64,000 nucleotides of DNA from Candidatus Binatia bacterium (GTDB lineage: Bacteria > Desulfobacterota > Binatia > Bin18): positions 32,001 through 96,000 of the forward strand of contig CAXXHG010000024.1 in NCBI GenBank assembly GCA_963666315.2. Reading direction: 5' to 3'. Under the pieces are notes generated by a model, which was given only the letters and a program-made list of their open reading frames with translations, had not been told where the DNA came from and made no database searches. Position 1 is the stretch's first letter. Every line of letters begins with the position of its first letter. Made by a program: the position numbers and the translations under genes. Positions 7,731-16,722 of the stretch are shown in pieces.

Positions 7731-9425
7731 ATGCTGGTGCGTCGTTTGCTCTTTGTTTTTCTCTTGTGTGGCCTCGTCGCGGGTAGTGCGATCTTTGTCG
7801 TGCCGCGCTCCTGGCTGCCCGCTCCACTCAAAAACCTGGCGTATCGCTATATTGGTGAAACAGCCTATCGAGCCCCCCCGGAAAGTCGTCACATTGATCC
7901 GGTGCCAGTCGAGCCGTTTTGTCTGGATAAGCATCCGGACTGGCGTAAACGCCAGACGGTTGAAGGCGTAAGCATAGAAGAATCGCCTGTGTGTGATCCG
8001 GATAATCCAGCCGAAGTCGCCGCTTTTGTCAAAGGCACGAACAATATTTCTGTGCATACATTGATGCAGACACGGCTGACGCCGACTACGGTGCTGAAAG
8101 AGAACGACGTGGACGGTGATGGCGATCCGGATGAGATCCATATCCGGTTCGAGGTAGTGGAGTTAAACGGGTACTCGCCGGATGATCCTGCTCCCTTTCC
8201 GGCGTATGCCATCGCTCCCGGAGTACAGCCCGGCCTGTGGGTATTTGCTCCGAAATCGCGCGGCATGGCGACCGAAAATTTTGCAAGCGAGGACGCCCAC
8301 GCCACTCTCCGCGCCCCGTCGCCGGTTATCCGCATTGAACAGGGCGACACGCTACGCGTGACGTTGGAAAATACCCACTATCTGCCGCATACGATACATT
8401 TCCACGGAGTTGACCATCCCTTCGTCGATGCCGCCGGGGAGGGCAATGACGGTGTCCCTATTACGAGTGAAATGCCGGTCGCGCCGGGTGAGAGCCGAAT
8501 ATATGAAATGACTCCACGTCAGACCGGGACCATGTTTTATCACTGCCATGTCCAACCCCAGGTGCATATTCTCATGGGACTGCAAGGCATGTTTGTGGTT
8601 GAGGAGAATCGGCCGAATAATTGGCTACAGACCTTAAACGTCGGCGCTGGTCGGGTCCGGCATTCGTCGGTAGCTATCCGTGAGACTTTTGATCGCGAGT
8701 TTGATCTGCACTATCAGGATATCGATCGTTCGCTGAATAATATGATTCAGACTGCCAATGATCCGCGTCTGATCGCGCAAGCAACGAATCGGCGGTACGA
8801 TATCACGGATCACAGTCCGGACTACTTCTTACTGAACGGGCGCTCGTTTCCGTACACGATGCGTGAATCCCTTATTGTGGTTGTGCCTGATGAAGATATC
8901 AAACTGCGCGTATTGAACGGTGGTGCCGAAGGGCTGTCGCTCCATACGCACGGACATAAAGTCACGATTACCCACTATGACGGCGTCGAGCATAATCCGG
9001 CTGCGCAAATCACGCGCGATGTCGTCTGGGTCAGCCCCGCCCAGCGGGTGGACCTGCACCTCAAAACAATAAACGACGGGCTGCATAATTACGGCGCAGG
9101 TATCTGGCTCCTACACGACCACAAGGAAAAGGCGATTACGACCGACGGCATCAACCCTGGTGGGAATATCAGCGCCATTGTGTACAAAGCGTTTCTGGGC
9201 GAAGCCGGCCGGCCTCAAACCCAGGGCATGGATTGGGCGCCGTTTTTTACCGAAGAGTATTACCAGAAGAAAATTCCGATCTGGGCCGGATTGGATGAGA
9301 GAGGACTGCTTGGAGAGGCCGGTGGTGAGCCTTTCCCTTTCAGCTATGCGCTCTTGTGGGGCCTGGGCATAGGGCTCTTACTCAGCGGTGCGTTTGCGCT
9401 CGGTCGGTCCGTGCGGCGAGCGTGA
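7731..9425 (+). CDS. Multicopper oxidase, two-domain type-C-like, with N-terminal extension and C-terminal membrane anchor
   Basis: Domain 1 'HTIHFHG' and 'YHCHVQPQVHILMGL' (T1 site); domain 2 'LHTHGH' and 'WLLHDH' (no T1 Cys); hydrophobic N- and C-termini. Confidence 0.88.
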   Translation: MLVRRLLFVFLLCGLVAGSAIFVVPRSWLPAPLKNLAYRYIGETAYRAPPESRHIDPVPVEPFCLDKHPDWRKRQTVEGVSIEESPVCDPDNPAEVAAFVKGTNNISVHTLMQTRLTPTTVLKENDVDGDGDPDEIHIRFEVVELNGYSPDDPAPFPAYAIAPGVQPGLWVFAPKSRGMATENFASEDAHATLRAPSPVIRIEQGDTLRVTLENTHYLPHTIHFHGVDHPFVDAAGEGNDGVPITSEMPVAPGESRIYEMTPRQTGTMFYHCHVQPQVHILMGLQGMFVVEENRPNNWLQTLNVGAGRVRHSSVAIRETFDREFDLHYQDIDRSLNNMIQTANDPRLIAQATNRRYDITDHSPDYFLLNGRSFPYTMRESLIVVVPDEDIKLRVLNGGAEGLSLHTHGHKVTITHYDGVEHNPAAQITRDVVWVSPAQRVDLHLKTINDGLHNYGAGIWLLHDHKEKAITTDGINPGGNISAIVYKAFLGEAGRPQTQGMDWAPFFTEEYYQKKIPIWAGLDERGLLGEAGGEPFPFSYALLWGLGIGLLLSGAFALGRSVRRA

Positions 9426-9438
9426 AGGGAAGCGTAGT

Positions 9439-10155
9439 ATGGGGGTACATTTTCAAAAGATCGTGCGGAAAATCATGAGAGTACGAAAAGGGCAGCCACA
9501 TAGGGCTGCCCCTACACTGCTTGTGCTCATTATCTCGGTGCTTCTTTCAAGTCTAGTCAGTTCGGCCCAAGAGCATCAGCACCACCCGATGCAGCATAAT
9601 ATGCAGCTAGATGAGACCGGCATGGTCATGAACGAAAACACCGACCAGTTGCCGCGTGGCTGTCCTCGTATTGCGGGCGAGCAATCAATTACTGTCCGCG
9701 CAGGGAAAGAATTTGCCTCTCCAGGCAGCATGTTTTCTTATGATCAGCATGAATGGCATGTCGAGCCGTGTACCAAACTCACCGTGACGCTTGAGAATAC
9801 GGACAACGTCCGCCATCAGTGGATGCTGCACGGCCTGCCGCGCTATGTGTATCTGCAGGGCATGTTCACTTTAGAGGTGGCCGGCCGAGGGCAACGCACG
9901 GGTACGTTTATCCTCCCCGCAGGCAACAAAACCTATCTGGTTCACTGCGACGTGTCCCAGCATATGGAAAAAGGCATGAAAGCGCAGCTGAAGGTCGGCA
10001 CTGGGGACGGCGATTTGCCGAGTATTCCCGGCATAACCGGCCCACGTGTGTATGATACGTATCCCCTGGTCTGGAACTGGTGGACGCATGGGGCTTTGCT
10101 ACTGACGGGGATAGTCAGTGTGGTTTTTGTCGGCAGGCACTTGCATATTTTCTGA
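9439..10155 (+). CDS. Membrane-anchored cupredoxin (type-1 blue copper)
   Basis: 'HQWMLHG' and 'YLVHCDVSQHMEKGM' (H-C-H-M); His/Met-rich N-terminus 'QEHQHHPMQHNM'; C-terminal TM. Start codon uncertain (9439 or 9475). Confidence 0.85.
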   Translation: MGVHFQKIVRKIMRVRKGQPHRAAPTLLVLIISVLLSSLVSSAQEHQHHPMQHNMQLDETGMVMNENTDQLPRGCPRIAGEQSITVRAGKEFASPGSMFSYDQHEWHVEPCTKLTVTLENTDNVRHQWMLHGLPRYVYLQGMFTLEVAGRGQRTGTFILPAGNKTYLVHCDVSQHMEKGMKAQLKVGTGDGDLPSIPGITGPRVYDTYPLVWNWWTHGALLLTGIVSVVFVGRHLHIF

Positions 10156-10189
10156 GAGATCTGAAGCTCGCGAGCTTGACTGCCTTCCC

Positions 10190-10218
10190 TTGACCTTCAA
10201 AATAAAAATGAGTAGGGT
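10190..10218 (+). promoter_or_regulatory. Sigma70-like promoter of the PQQ dehydrogenase
   Basis: TTGACC-N17-TAGGGT. Confidence 0.5.
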
Positions 10219-10236
10219 TCGACCACATTCGTGTAA

Positions 10237-10271
10237 TAAGACATCGCAGTAAGACATCACAGTAAGACATG
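10237..10271 (+). repeat. 13-bp direct repeat x2.7 in the PQQ-ADH leader
   Basis: TAAGACATCGCAG TAAGACATCACAG TAAGACATG. Confidence 0.85.
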
Positions 10272-10290
10272 ATTTGGGGAGGAATAACCC

Positions 10291-12003
10291 ATGCGAGATT
10301 TCTGGTTGCGGGGATTGCTATATTTTACCCTCGCTCTCGTCCTTGTATCGCCCTCGACTCTGTATGCCGATCATCATGGACAGAGTGACCATGCCCTCAA
10401 GCCGGTCACGCATGAGCGCTTGGTTAATAGTGCCGCCAATTATGCTGACTGGCTGATGTACGGCGGGAATTATGAAGGCTGGCGTTTCAGCGCACTCGCC
10501 GACATCGACCGTCAAAATGTAAAGAAGCTCCAGGCTGCGTGGATTTTTCAGACCGGCGTGCCTGCCCAAATGCAGGCTTCGCCCGTGGTGGCCGATGGCG
10601 TGATGTATGTGACTGCGGCGTATAACAAAATTTTCGCCTTAGACGCGGCGACGGGCAAGCCGCTGTGGAAATACGACCATTCATTGCCGGATGATATGCG
10701 CATATGCTGTGGTCCCGGCAACCGTGGCGTCGCGCTTGCCGGGGATAAAGTCATCATGGCCACCCTGGATGCGCGTGTTGTGGCGCTGGATCGCAAAACC
10801 GGCGAGGTGGTGTGGAATACAGAGGCCGACAACTACGCCCGAGGCTTCAGCTTCACGCTCGCGCCGCTGATTGTCAAAGACAAAGTCATCGTCGGCATTG
10901 CCGGTGGTGAATACGGCATACGCGGTTATATCGACGCGTATGATGTTGAGACCGGAGAGCGTCAGTGGCGGCGTTACACTGTCCCCGACGAGGGTGAGCC
11001 CGGAGTCGAAACCTGGGCGGGCGACTCATATAAAAACGGCGGGGCCCCGGCTTGGGTGACCGGTTCGTATGACGCTGACCTGGACCTTGTATATTGGGCT
11101 ACCGGAAACCCTGCGCCGGACTGGAACGGTGATGGACGTGAAGGGGATAACCTGTACTCCAACTCCGTTCTGGCACTTGATCCGGAGACGGGCGAGGTCA
11201 AATGGTATTTCCAGTTCACCCCGCACGATGTCTGGGATTATGACGGCAATACCGGCCTGTTCCTGCTTGACGTTATGCGTAGTGGTCAATCTGTCAAAGC
11301 CTTGGCCCAGCCGAATCGTAATGGCTTCATGTATGTGCTGGATCGCACCGATGGAAAATTCCTGCACGGCGCGCAATATGTCGAACAGCTGAACTGGGCG
11401 AAGGGGCTAGATGAAAAGGGCCGCCCACTGGTTGACCCCAAATATGTTCCCATGAAAGGCGGCAATCTGGAACTGATCTGTCCGGGCAATGCGGGCGGCC
11501 AAAATGGGTCGTACGCTGCGGCCTATAGTCCGCGTGTTAACCTCATTTTTGTGCCGACGATTGAGAGCTGCGCCAAAATGGAAAAAGCGAAGTCTATTTT
11601 CATCAAAGGCATTCCGTTCTGGGGCGGCGGTCCTGGCCAAACGCAAGGCGACCTGGGGGTCGCGTATGGCCATGTCTCAGCTATTGATCCTACCAGCGGC
11701 GAAGTAAAATGGCGCTATAAGGACGAGTGGCCCATGATGGGTGGTGCACTTGCGACCGCAGGCGGATTAGTTTTTACCGGGAACCAACAGGGCTATGCGC
11801 TCGCGCTAGACGAGGCGACTGGAAAAGTCTTATGGAAGTTCCAAACCGGCTCGGCTGTCCGCGGGCAACCGATTACGTATAAAGTTGGTGGCAAGCAATA
11901 TGTGGCCGTGCCGAGTGGGGCCGGCGGCTTGGTCGTCGATATTGTGGGAAAATACCCGCACACGACACTCGGCAGTTCGGTTGCCGTGTTTGCGCTGCCT
12001 TAG
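10291..12003 (+). CDS. PQQ-dependent alcohol dehydrogenase (methanol/ethanol family), probable lanthanide type
   Basis: Signal peptide; vicinal 'CCG'; 'GGEYG' Glu; 'TGNPAP' Asn; 'PHDVWDYDG' D-x-D; Trp-docking propeller motifs; no cytochrome c domain. Confidence 0.92.
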   Translation: MRDFWLRGLLYFTLALVLVSPSTLYADHHGQSDHALKPVTHERLVNSAANYADWLMYGGNYEGWRFSALADIDRQNVKKLQAAWIFQTGVPAQMQASPVVADGVMYVTAAYNKIFALDAATGKPLWKYDHSLPDDMRICCGPGNRGVALAGDKVIMATLDARVVALDRKTGEVVWNTEADNYARGFSFTLAPLIVKDKVIVGIAGGEYGIRGYIDAYDVETGERQWRRYTVPDEGEPGVETWAGDSYKNGGAPAWVTGSYDADLDLVYWATGNPAPDWNGDGREGDNLYSNSVLALDPETGEVKWYFQFTPHDVWDYDGNTGLFLLDVMRSGQSVKALAQPNRNGFMYVLDRTDGKFLHGAQYVEQLNWAKGLDEKGRPLVDPKYVPMKGGNLELICPGNAGGQNGSYAAAYSPRVNLIFVPTIESCAKMEKAKSIFIKGIPFWGGGPGQTQGDLGVAYGHVSAIDPTSGEVKWRYKDEWPMMGGALATAGGLVFTGNQQGYALALDEATGKVLWKFQTGSAVRGQPITYKVGGKQYVAVPSGAGGLVVDIVGKYPHTTLGSSVAVFALP

Positions 12004-12093
12004 AAACACTAACGAAACCCCGTCTTATGCCGTAGGCCTAGTGGGCCTGGATACCTGCTTGCGCAGGTATGACACATAAAGGACTGTCGTTTT

Positions 12094-12119
12094 GTAGGGG
12101 CGGCCGACCGGTCGCCCCT
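12094..12119. repeat. GTAG-type REP palindrome between convergent genes
   Basis: GTAGGGGCGGCCGACCGGTCGCCCCT; relatives at 9490, 54431, 57282 and 61335. Confidence 0.7.
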
Positions 12120-12127
12120 CCTTTGTT

Positions 12128-12754
12128 TTACCGCAACACCTGCATAATCTGCCGGCTGACCTCGTTAGGGGCCGCGTCGCCGTCGACGCGTTTGAGAACG
12201 CCTTTCTCTTTATAGAATGGAATGATAGGCGCGGTTTCTGAGTGATATTTTTCTAATCGAGTGCGGCAGGCTGCTTCCGTGTCGTCTTTCCGCTGAATGA
12301 CGCGCGAGACAATATCTGCGGGTGGTGGTTTGAATTTGATGTGATAAATATCGCCCGTCTCGGGGTCCATGCGACGGCCGGTAATCCGCTCTACAATCAA
12401 TGCATCCGGCACTTCAATTTGCAGCACTACATCGAGCGCGACTCCGGCTTTCTCAAGTTCGGCATCCAGGGCCTCAGCTTGGGGCCGGGTACGGGGAAAA
12501 CCATCCAGCATAAAGCCCTCGGAACAGTCCGGCTTGCCTATGCGCTCGATAACCATGGCAATCACCAGGTCATCCGGAACCAGTCCGCCAGCCTTCATGA
12601 ACCCGTCTGCCCGTTTGCCTAAATCCGTGCCTGCACTCACCGCAGCACGCAACATATCGCCTGTTGATATATGAGAAATCTTAAATTTCTCGACCAGATG
12701 AACGGCCTGAGTACCTTTGCCTGCCCCTGGGGGACCGACTAAAATCATGTGCAT
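12128..12754 (-). CDS. adk: Adenylate kinase
   Basis: 'GPPGAGKGTQA', 'HISTGDMLR', 'LDGFPRT', 'QRKDD'. Confidence 0.97.
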   Translation of the reverse strand: MHMILVGPPGAGKGTQAVHLVEKFKISHISTGDMLRAAVSAGTDLGKRADGFMKAGGLVPDDLVIAMVIERIGKPDCSEGFMLDGFPRTRPQAEALDAELEKAGVALDVVLQIEVPDALIVERITGRRMDPETGDIYHIKFKPPPADIVSRVIQRKDDTEAACRTRLEKYHSETAPIIPFYKEKGVLKRVDGDAAPNEVSRQIMQVLR

Positions 12755-12945
12755 ATGCTCAATTCTCCCTCCCTTGCCACAGACTCTGTGTCGCCTGAAA
12801 TCGTATTAGTGACTAAAATCTTATCGAAGAATACCACAAAATGACACCGGCACTTCTAGGCGGGTCTGGGGGCGCATGCTAGGGTTACGCGCACGGCATC
12901 TGAACGTGGCATCTGGGGCGGAATAAGAGACAAAAGGAGGGAAGT

Positions 12946-13803
12946 ATGAAAATTGGCGTCTTTGAGTTTGTTATTGATACATCGGTTGATCCCGCTGTGA
13001 TCGCAAAGCGAGCCGAGGAGTTGGGTTTTGGCTCGTATTGGGTGCCTGAGCATGCTGTTATTCCGATTAAAACGAGTACGCCCTATCCAGGCTCGGACGA
13101 CGGAATAATTCCAGATGCATATGGGCGTATCACCGATCCGTTTGTCTCCCTCGCTCGTGCGTCTGCGGTGACCAAGACTATTGAGCTCGGCACCGGTATT
13201 TGTCTGATTCCAGAACATAATCCGCTCGTACTGGCTAAGGCCGTGGCGACTTTAGACCATTTTTCAGGTGGCCGTTTTATCTTCGGCATTGGGGCCGGCT
13301 GGCTTAGAGAAGAAACCGAAATCATGGGTGGTGATTTTGACCACCGCTGGGGCCAGACCAAGGATGCCGTCCTGGCCATGAAGGAATTGTGGACCCAGGA
13401 AGAGGCCGAGTATCACGGCAAGTATTACAACTTCCCGGCTGTCCGCTCTTTCCCCAAACCTGCCAGGAAACCACATCCCCCTATTTTCATGGGCGGATCG
13501 TCCAAATATGTCTTCAAACGTGTGGTCGAATGGGGCGACGGCTGGATGCCTGTTCTCTCGCCGGTCGAATATATCAAAGAAGGGCGGCAACGCCTCAATG
13601 AGCTGGCTGAGCAAGCCGGCCGCGACCCCAAGGAAATCGCTGTCATGGCCTTCGGCTGGCCTGGAAAATTCCGTACCGGAGACGAAATCAAAGAACTTGA
13701 ATCAGCCGGTGTCGATCATGTCACTATTTGGTTGCAGCAAAGCGAAAGCGGAGAAGAGGCTGTCGTGGCGGAATTGGAGTCGTTAGCGAAGTCAGTTCTA
13801 TAG
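12946..13803 (+). CDS. LLM-class (probably F420-dependent, Rv2161c-like) oxidoreductase
   Basis: 'AEELGFGSYWVPEH', 'DPFVSL', 'LAKAVATLDHFSGGRFIFGIGAGW', 'PKPARKPHPPI'. Confidence 0.9.
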   Translation: MKIGVFEFVIDTSVDPAVIAKRAEELGFGSYWVPEHAVIPIKTSTPYPGSDDGIIPDAYGRITDPFVSLARASAVTKTIELGTGICLIPEHNPLVLAKAVATLDHFSGGRFIFGIGAGWLREETEIMGGDFDHRWGQTKDAVLAMKELWTQEEAEYHGKYYNFPAVRSFPKPARKPHPPIFMGGSSKYVFKRVVEWGDGWMPVLSPVEYIKEGRQRLNELAEQAGRDPKEIAVMAFGWPGKFRTGDEIKELESAGVDHVTIWLQQSESGEEAVVAELESLAKSVL

Positions 13804-13901
13804 GTGCGGGAGGGGCGCCGCATTTTTCTATGATTTTGCTTGGTCGTTTCTCGTCTTGCAAAAAATGCTGCGCCCTTACGGTGTGAGAGGAGGCCGCTGT
13901 C

Positions 13902-14909
13902 TTGATAAAATTCGGCATCATGGTGATGCCTCAGCATCCGCGAACGGATTCGCCGGTAAAGCGGTTCCGAGAGGCGGTTGCGTTGACGCGTATAGCACGT
14001 GACGCCGGGCTGGACTCGATTGCGTGTGGCCAGCACTTCCTCGCTCCGCCGTATCAGAACATCCAAAGTCTGCCCCTTCTTGCGCGGCTTGCGGCCGAGA
14101 GTGGTGCGATGTCACTCGTGCTGTCTGTCATTCTTCTGCCGCTCTACAGTCCAGTCGGCATCGCCGAAGATGTTGCCTCGCTTGACGTCATCAGTGAAGG
14201 CCGCGTTGTCTTTGGTGTCGGGCTGGGCTACCGGGATATCGAGTATCAAGCTTTTAATACGCGCCGACGTGAGCGCATTCCGCGTTTTGAGGAATCTTTG
14301 GCACTCATCCGGCGCTTGTGGACAGAAGAGGCGGTCTCGTTTCAGGGCAAGCATTTCAGTATCGAAAGCGCGACCTGCACGATACGGCCCGTCCAGCAGC
14401 CGCATCCGCCTATCTGGATTGCCGCGAATAACGATAGTGCCATTGAACGGGCAGGGCGGCTGGGCTGCTCTTGGCTCGTAAATCCGCATGCCACAATGGA
14501 AACGCTACAACGCCAGATGAAGCTATATACAGATACCCTGGTTGCATCCGGTCATCATGCTCCTGCAGAAATCCCCGTTATTAAAGAGATGCATGTCGCC
14601 AAGACGCGCGAAGAGGCGATTGCGGTTGCCCAGCCCTATTTAGAGAAAAAATATCAAGCGTATGCAGACTGGGGACAGGATAAGGAACTCCCTGGCGGGG
14701 AGTCCTTTCGCATGTCGTTTGAAGCCTTAGCTAAAGACCGCTTCATCCTGGGTAGTATTGAAGAGGTTATTCAACAGATTGAGGTCCATCACCGGCAGCT
14801 TGGGATTAACCATTTCATCTTTCGCATCTGGTGGCCGGGCATGGAGGCCTACCACGCCTACCGCGTGGTCGAGCTGATGGCTGAATACATCATCCCGTAT
14901 TTCCGATAG
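13902..14909 (+). CDS. LLM-class flavin-dependent oxidoreductase
   Basis: 'IAEDVASLDVISEGRVVFGVGLGYR', 'RPVQQPHPPIWIA'. Confidence 0.9.
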   Translation: MIKFGIMVMPQHPRTDSPVKRFREAVALTRIARDAGLDSIACGQHFLAPPYQNIQSLPLLARLAAESGAMSLVLSVILLPLYSPVGIAEDVASLDVISEGRVVFGVGLGYRDIEYQAFNTRRRERIPRFEESLALIRRLWTEEAVSFQGKHFSIESATCTIRPVQQPHPPIWIAANNDSAIERAGRLGCSWLVNPHATMETLQRQMKLYTDTLVASGHHAPAEIPVIKEMHVAKTREEAIAVAQPYLEKKYQAYADWGQDKELPGGESFRMSFEALAKDRFILGSIEEVIQQIEVHHRQLGINHFIFRIWWPGMEAYHAYRVVELMAEYIIPYFR

Positions 14910-14983
14910 GGCACAGGGCAAGAGAAGAATACGAGGCGTTCGTAGCGCTGTCCCGGTGAGCGTCTCCACGTATAGACACGCGC

Positions 14984-15510
14984 CTAATTGGCTGCCAGCT
15001 GATCTATCAGTTCCTGTGTAGGTAAGACCTCGGCAAACATGGATGCTTCGGTAATCAGGGTAGAACGGTGTAATTCGCCGTGATCCACCTTCCCCCATGT
15101 CGGGTGCTCACCGTCCCGCGTGGCTGTGGCATCGTTCAGGAATAGGACACGAAAGTCGCGCCGAAAATCTTCGCGCGCAGTGGCGTCGCAACACATATGC
15201 GTCATATAGCCCGAGATGACTAAGGTCTCGATGCCGTCTTTTCGTAGTATTTCTCCTAGACCGGTTTTCATAAAAGAACCTGGGTAATTTTTGACGATGC
15301 CCCGGTCGTCGGAACGAGGGTTGAGACGCGGGTGCAGTTCAAATCCTTTCGTCCCCCGAATGAAAATTCTACGCTCTGGGTTGAGCACTTCGTGTTGGAC
15401 ATAGGTGACCTTTGCGCCTGCTTGTTGACTCGCCTCAATCGTCTCTTCAATCTTGTCCAGGGCGGCAGTGCCATCCGGAATGGGCCACTTCCCCACGTAT
15501 TATTTGTCTG
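14984..15510 (-). pseudogene. Isochorismatase/cysteine hydrolase, N-terminally truncated
   Basis: 'KNYPGSF', 'SGYMTHMCCDATAR', 'DATAT'. The N-terminal 'LIIDxQ' catalytic strand is missing. Confidence 0.7.
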
Positions 15511-15550
15511 TCCCCTCTTCTTATTTTTCCGTTTACATGACTGCACTCTT

Positions 15551-15568
15551 GTTGTAAAATATTACAAC
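15551..15568. promoter_or_regulatory. Palindromic operator upstream of a TA pair
   Basis: GTTGTAA-AATA-TTACAAC. Confidence 0.55.
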
Positions 15569-15580
15569 GCTGGGGACGTG

Positions 15581-15868
15581 ATGACCGATGTAATCATTAT
15601 CTGGGATTTGGAGGATGACCCGGATGGCAATATACAGCACATTGCCGAGCACGGTATCACTATCGAAGAGTTGGAAGAAGTTCTGCATGACCGAGACGCC
15701 GAAGACACCACAAGTAGGTCTTCAGGCCGACCGATCACCTTCGGATACACCTGAAGCGGACGTTATCTTGCTGTGGTGTGGGAGCATGTTGATGACGATC
15801 CGCTAACGATCTACCCAATTACCGCCTAGGATGCCCCAGAACGAAGAAGAAGGAGACAACGTTCATGA
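15581..15868 (+). pseudogene. BrnT/DUF4258-like toxin with two in-frame stops
   Basis: 'IWDLEDDPDGNIQHIAEHGITIEELEEVL...FGYT*SGRYLAVVWE...IYPITA*DAPERRRR'; TGA 15752, TAG 15827; ATGA overlap with the next gene. Confidence 0.8.
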
Positions 15869-16263
15869 AACGAGTGTATCGCAAAACAAGTCGTACCGCC
15901 GAAGAAAAGAGGCGCTTGAAGGTGGTCCGAGGCAAGTTTCAAGTCGAGCGTCCGTCATCGGACGACCTGGTTGAATCAGGGGACTACACCGAACCCGTAA
16001 AGCACGGAGTTACGCTGGACGCTCTGCATCTCGCCGCGTTATTGAAACAAGCACGGAAAGAGGCCCACTTAAGTCTCGCGGACGTTTCCGAGCGTTGCGG
16101 CCTCGACCGTTCCGCGATCAGCCGGCTTGAGAACGGTATGTACGAGAATACAACTCTTCATACGCTGCATCGTTTGGCGGAAGCCTACGGAAAACGATTC
16201 ATTGCCCAACTTGTGGATGACAGTCCTGATGCCTCTGTCATCCCTCCCGTTGTGGCCCCATAA
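15865..16263 (+). CDS. XRE-family HTH antitoxin/regulator
   Basis: 'LKQARKEAHLSLADVSERCGLDRSAISRLENG'. Confidence 0.88.
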   Translation: MKRVYRKTSRTAEEKRRLKVVRGKFQVERPSSDDLVESGDYTEPVKHGVTLDALHLAALLKQARKEAHLSLADVSERCGLDRSAISRLENGMYENTTLHTLHRLAEAYGKRFIAQLVDDSPDASVIPPVVAP

Positions 16264-16722
16264 CTCCCGCAAAGCGAGGCCCAGCCTGTTACCTCGTAAA
16301 GTTTCAAAGTTTGATAATCCTAAAGCAGGGATGGCGCGAGCGTATTTGACTGGCGATTGCACCATGAAGAAGCTTACCGGTCACTTGGGGGGGGGCATGA
16401 CGCGACAGGGAGCAGAGCGGTGAAAAGGGGAGAGCAAGGGGGATGATGGTCAGAAATGTGGGGTTGTGTGATTGCAAGACCTGACCCTAAAGCGATTCAG
16501 GGACTGAGCGCGATAGCCCGGATGTGTGTGGAAGGTGCTGTCAAGTTATTAAATCAATGAGTCTGACTCTCCCCCGTGAGGCCAGGTTCGTGACTTGTCG
16601 TTGGCTGTATATTCCACGGCAAACCGAAAGAACGCTTGTGGACGAGATGTTCCCCACTTCGTGTGCGCATTATGCGCGACTACGCGCGATTTTATACAGT
16701 GCGATCCGCTGAGTTGTTGAGT

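Noticed and set aside
7731-9425. NirK nitrite reductase
   Set aside because: It has full HxH pairs for a trinuclear cluster (HFH, HCH, HTH, HDH) rather than the NirK 'HNIDFH' pattern.
15752-15754. Sec or readthrough in the BrnT-like toxin
   Set aside because: A second stop (TAG) follows and the position is not a redox Cys.
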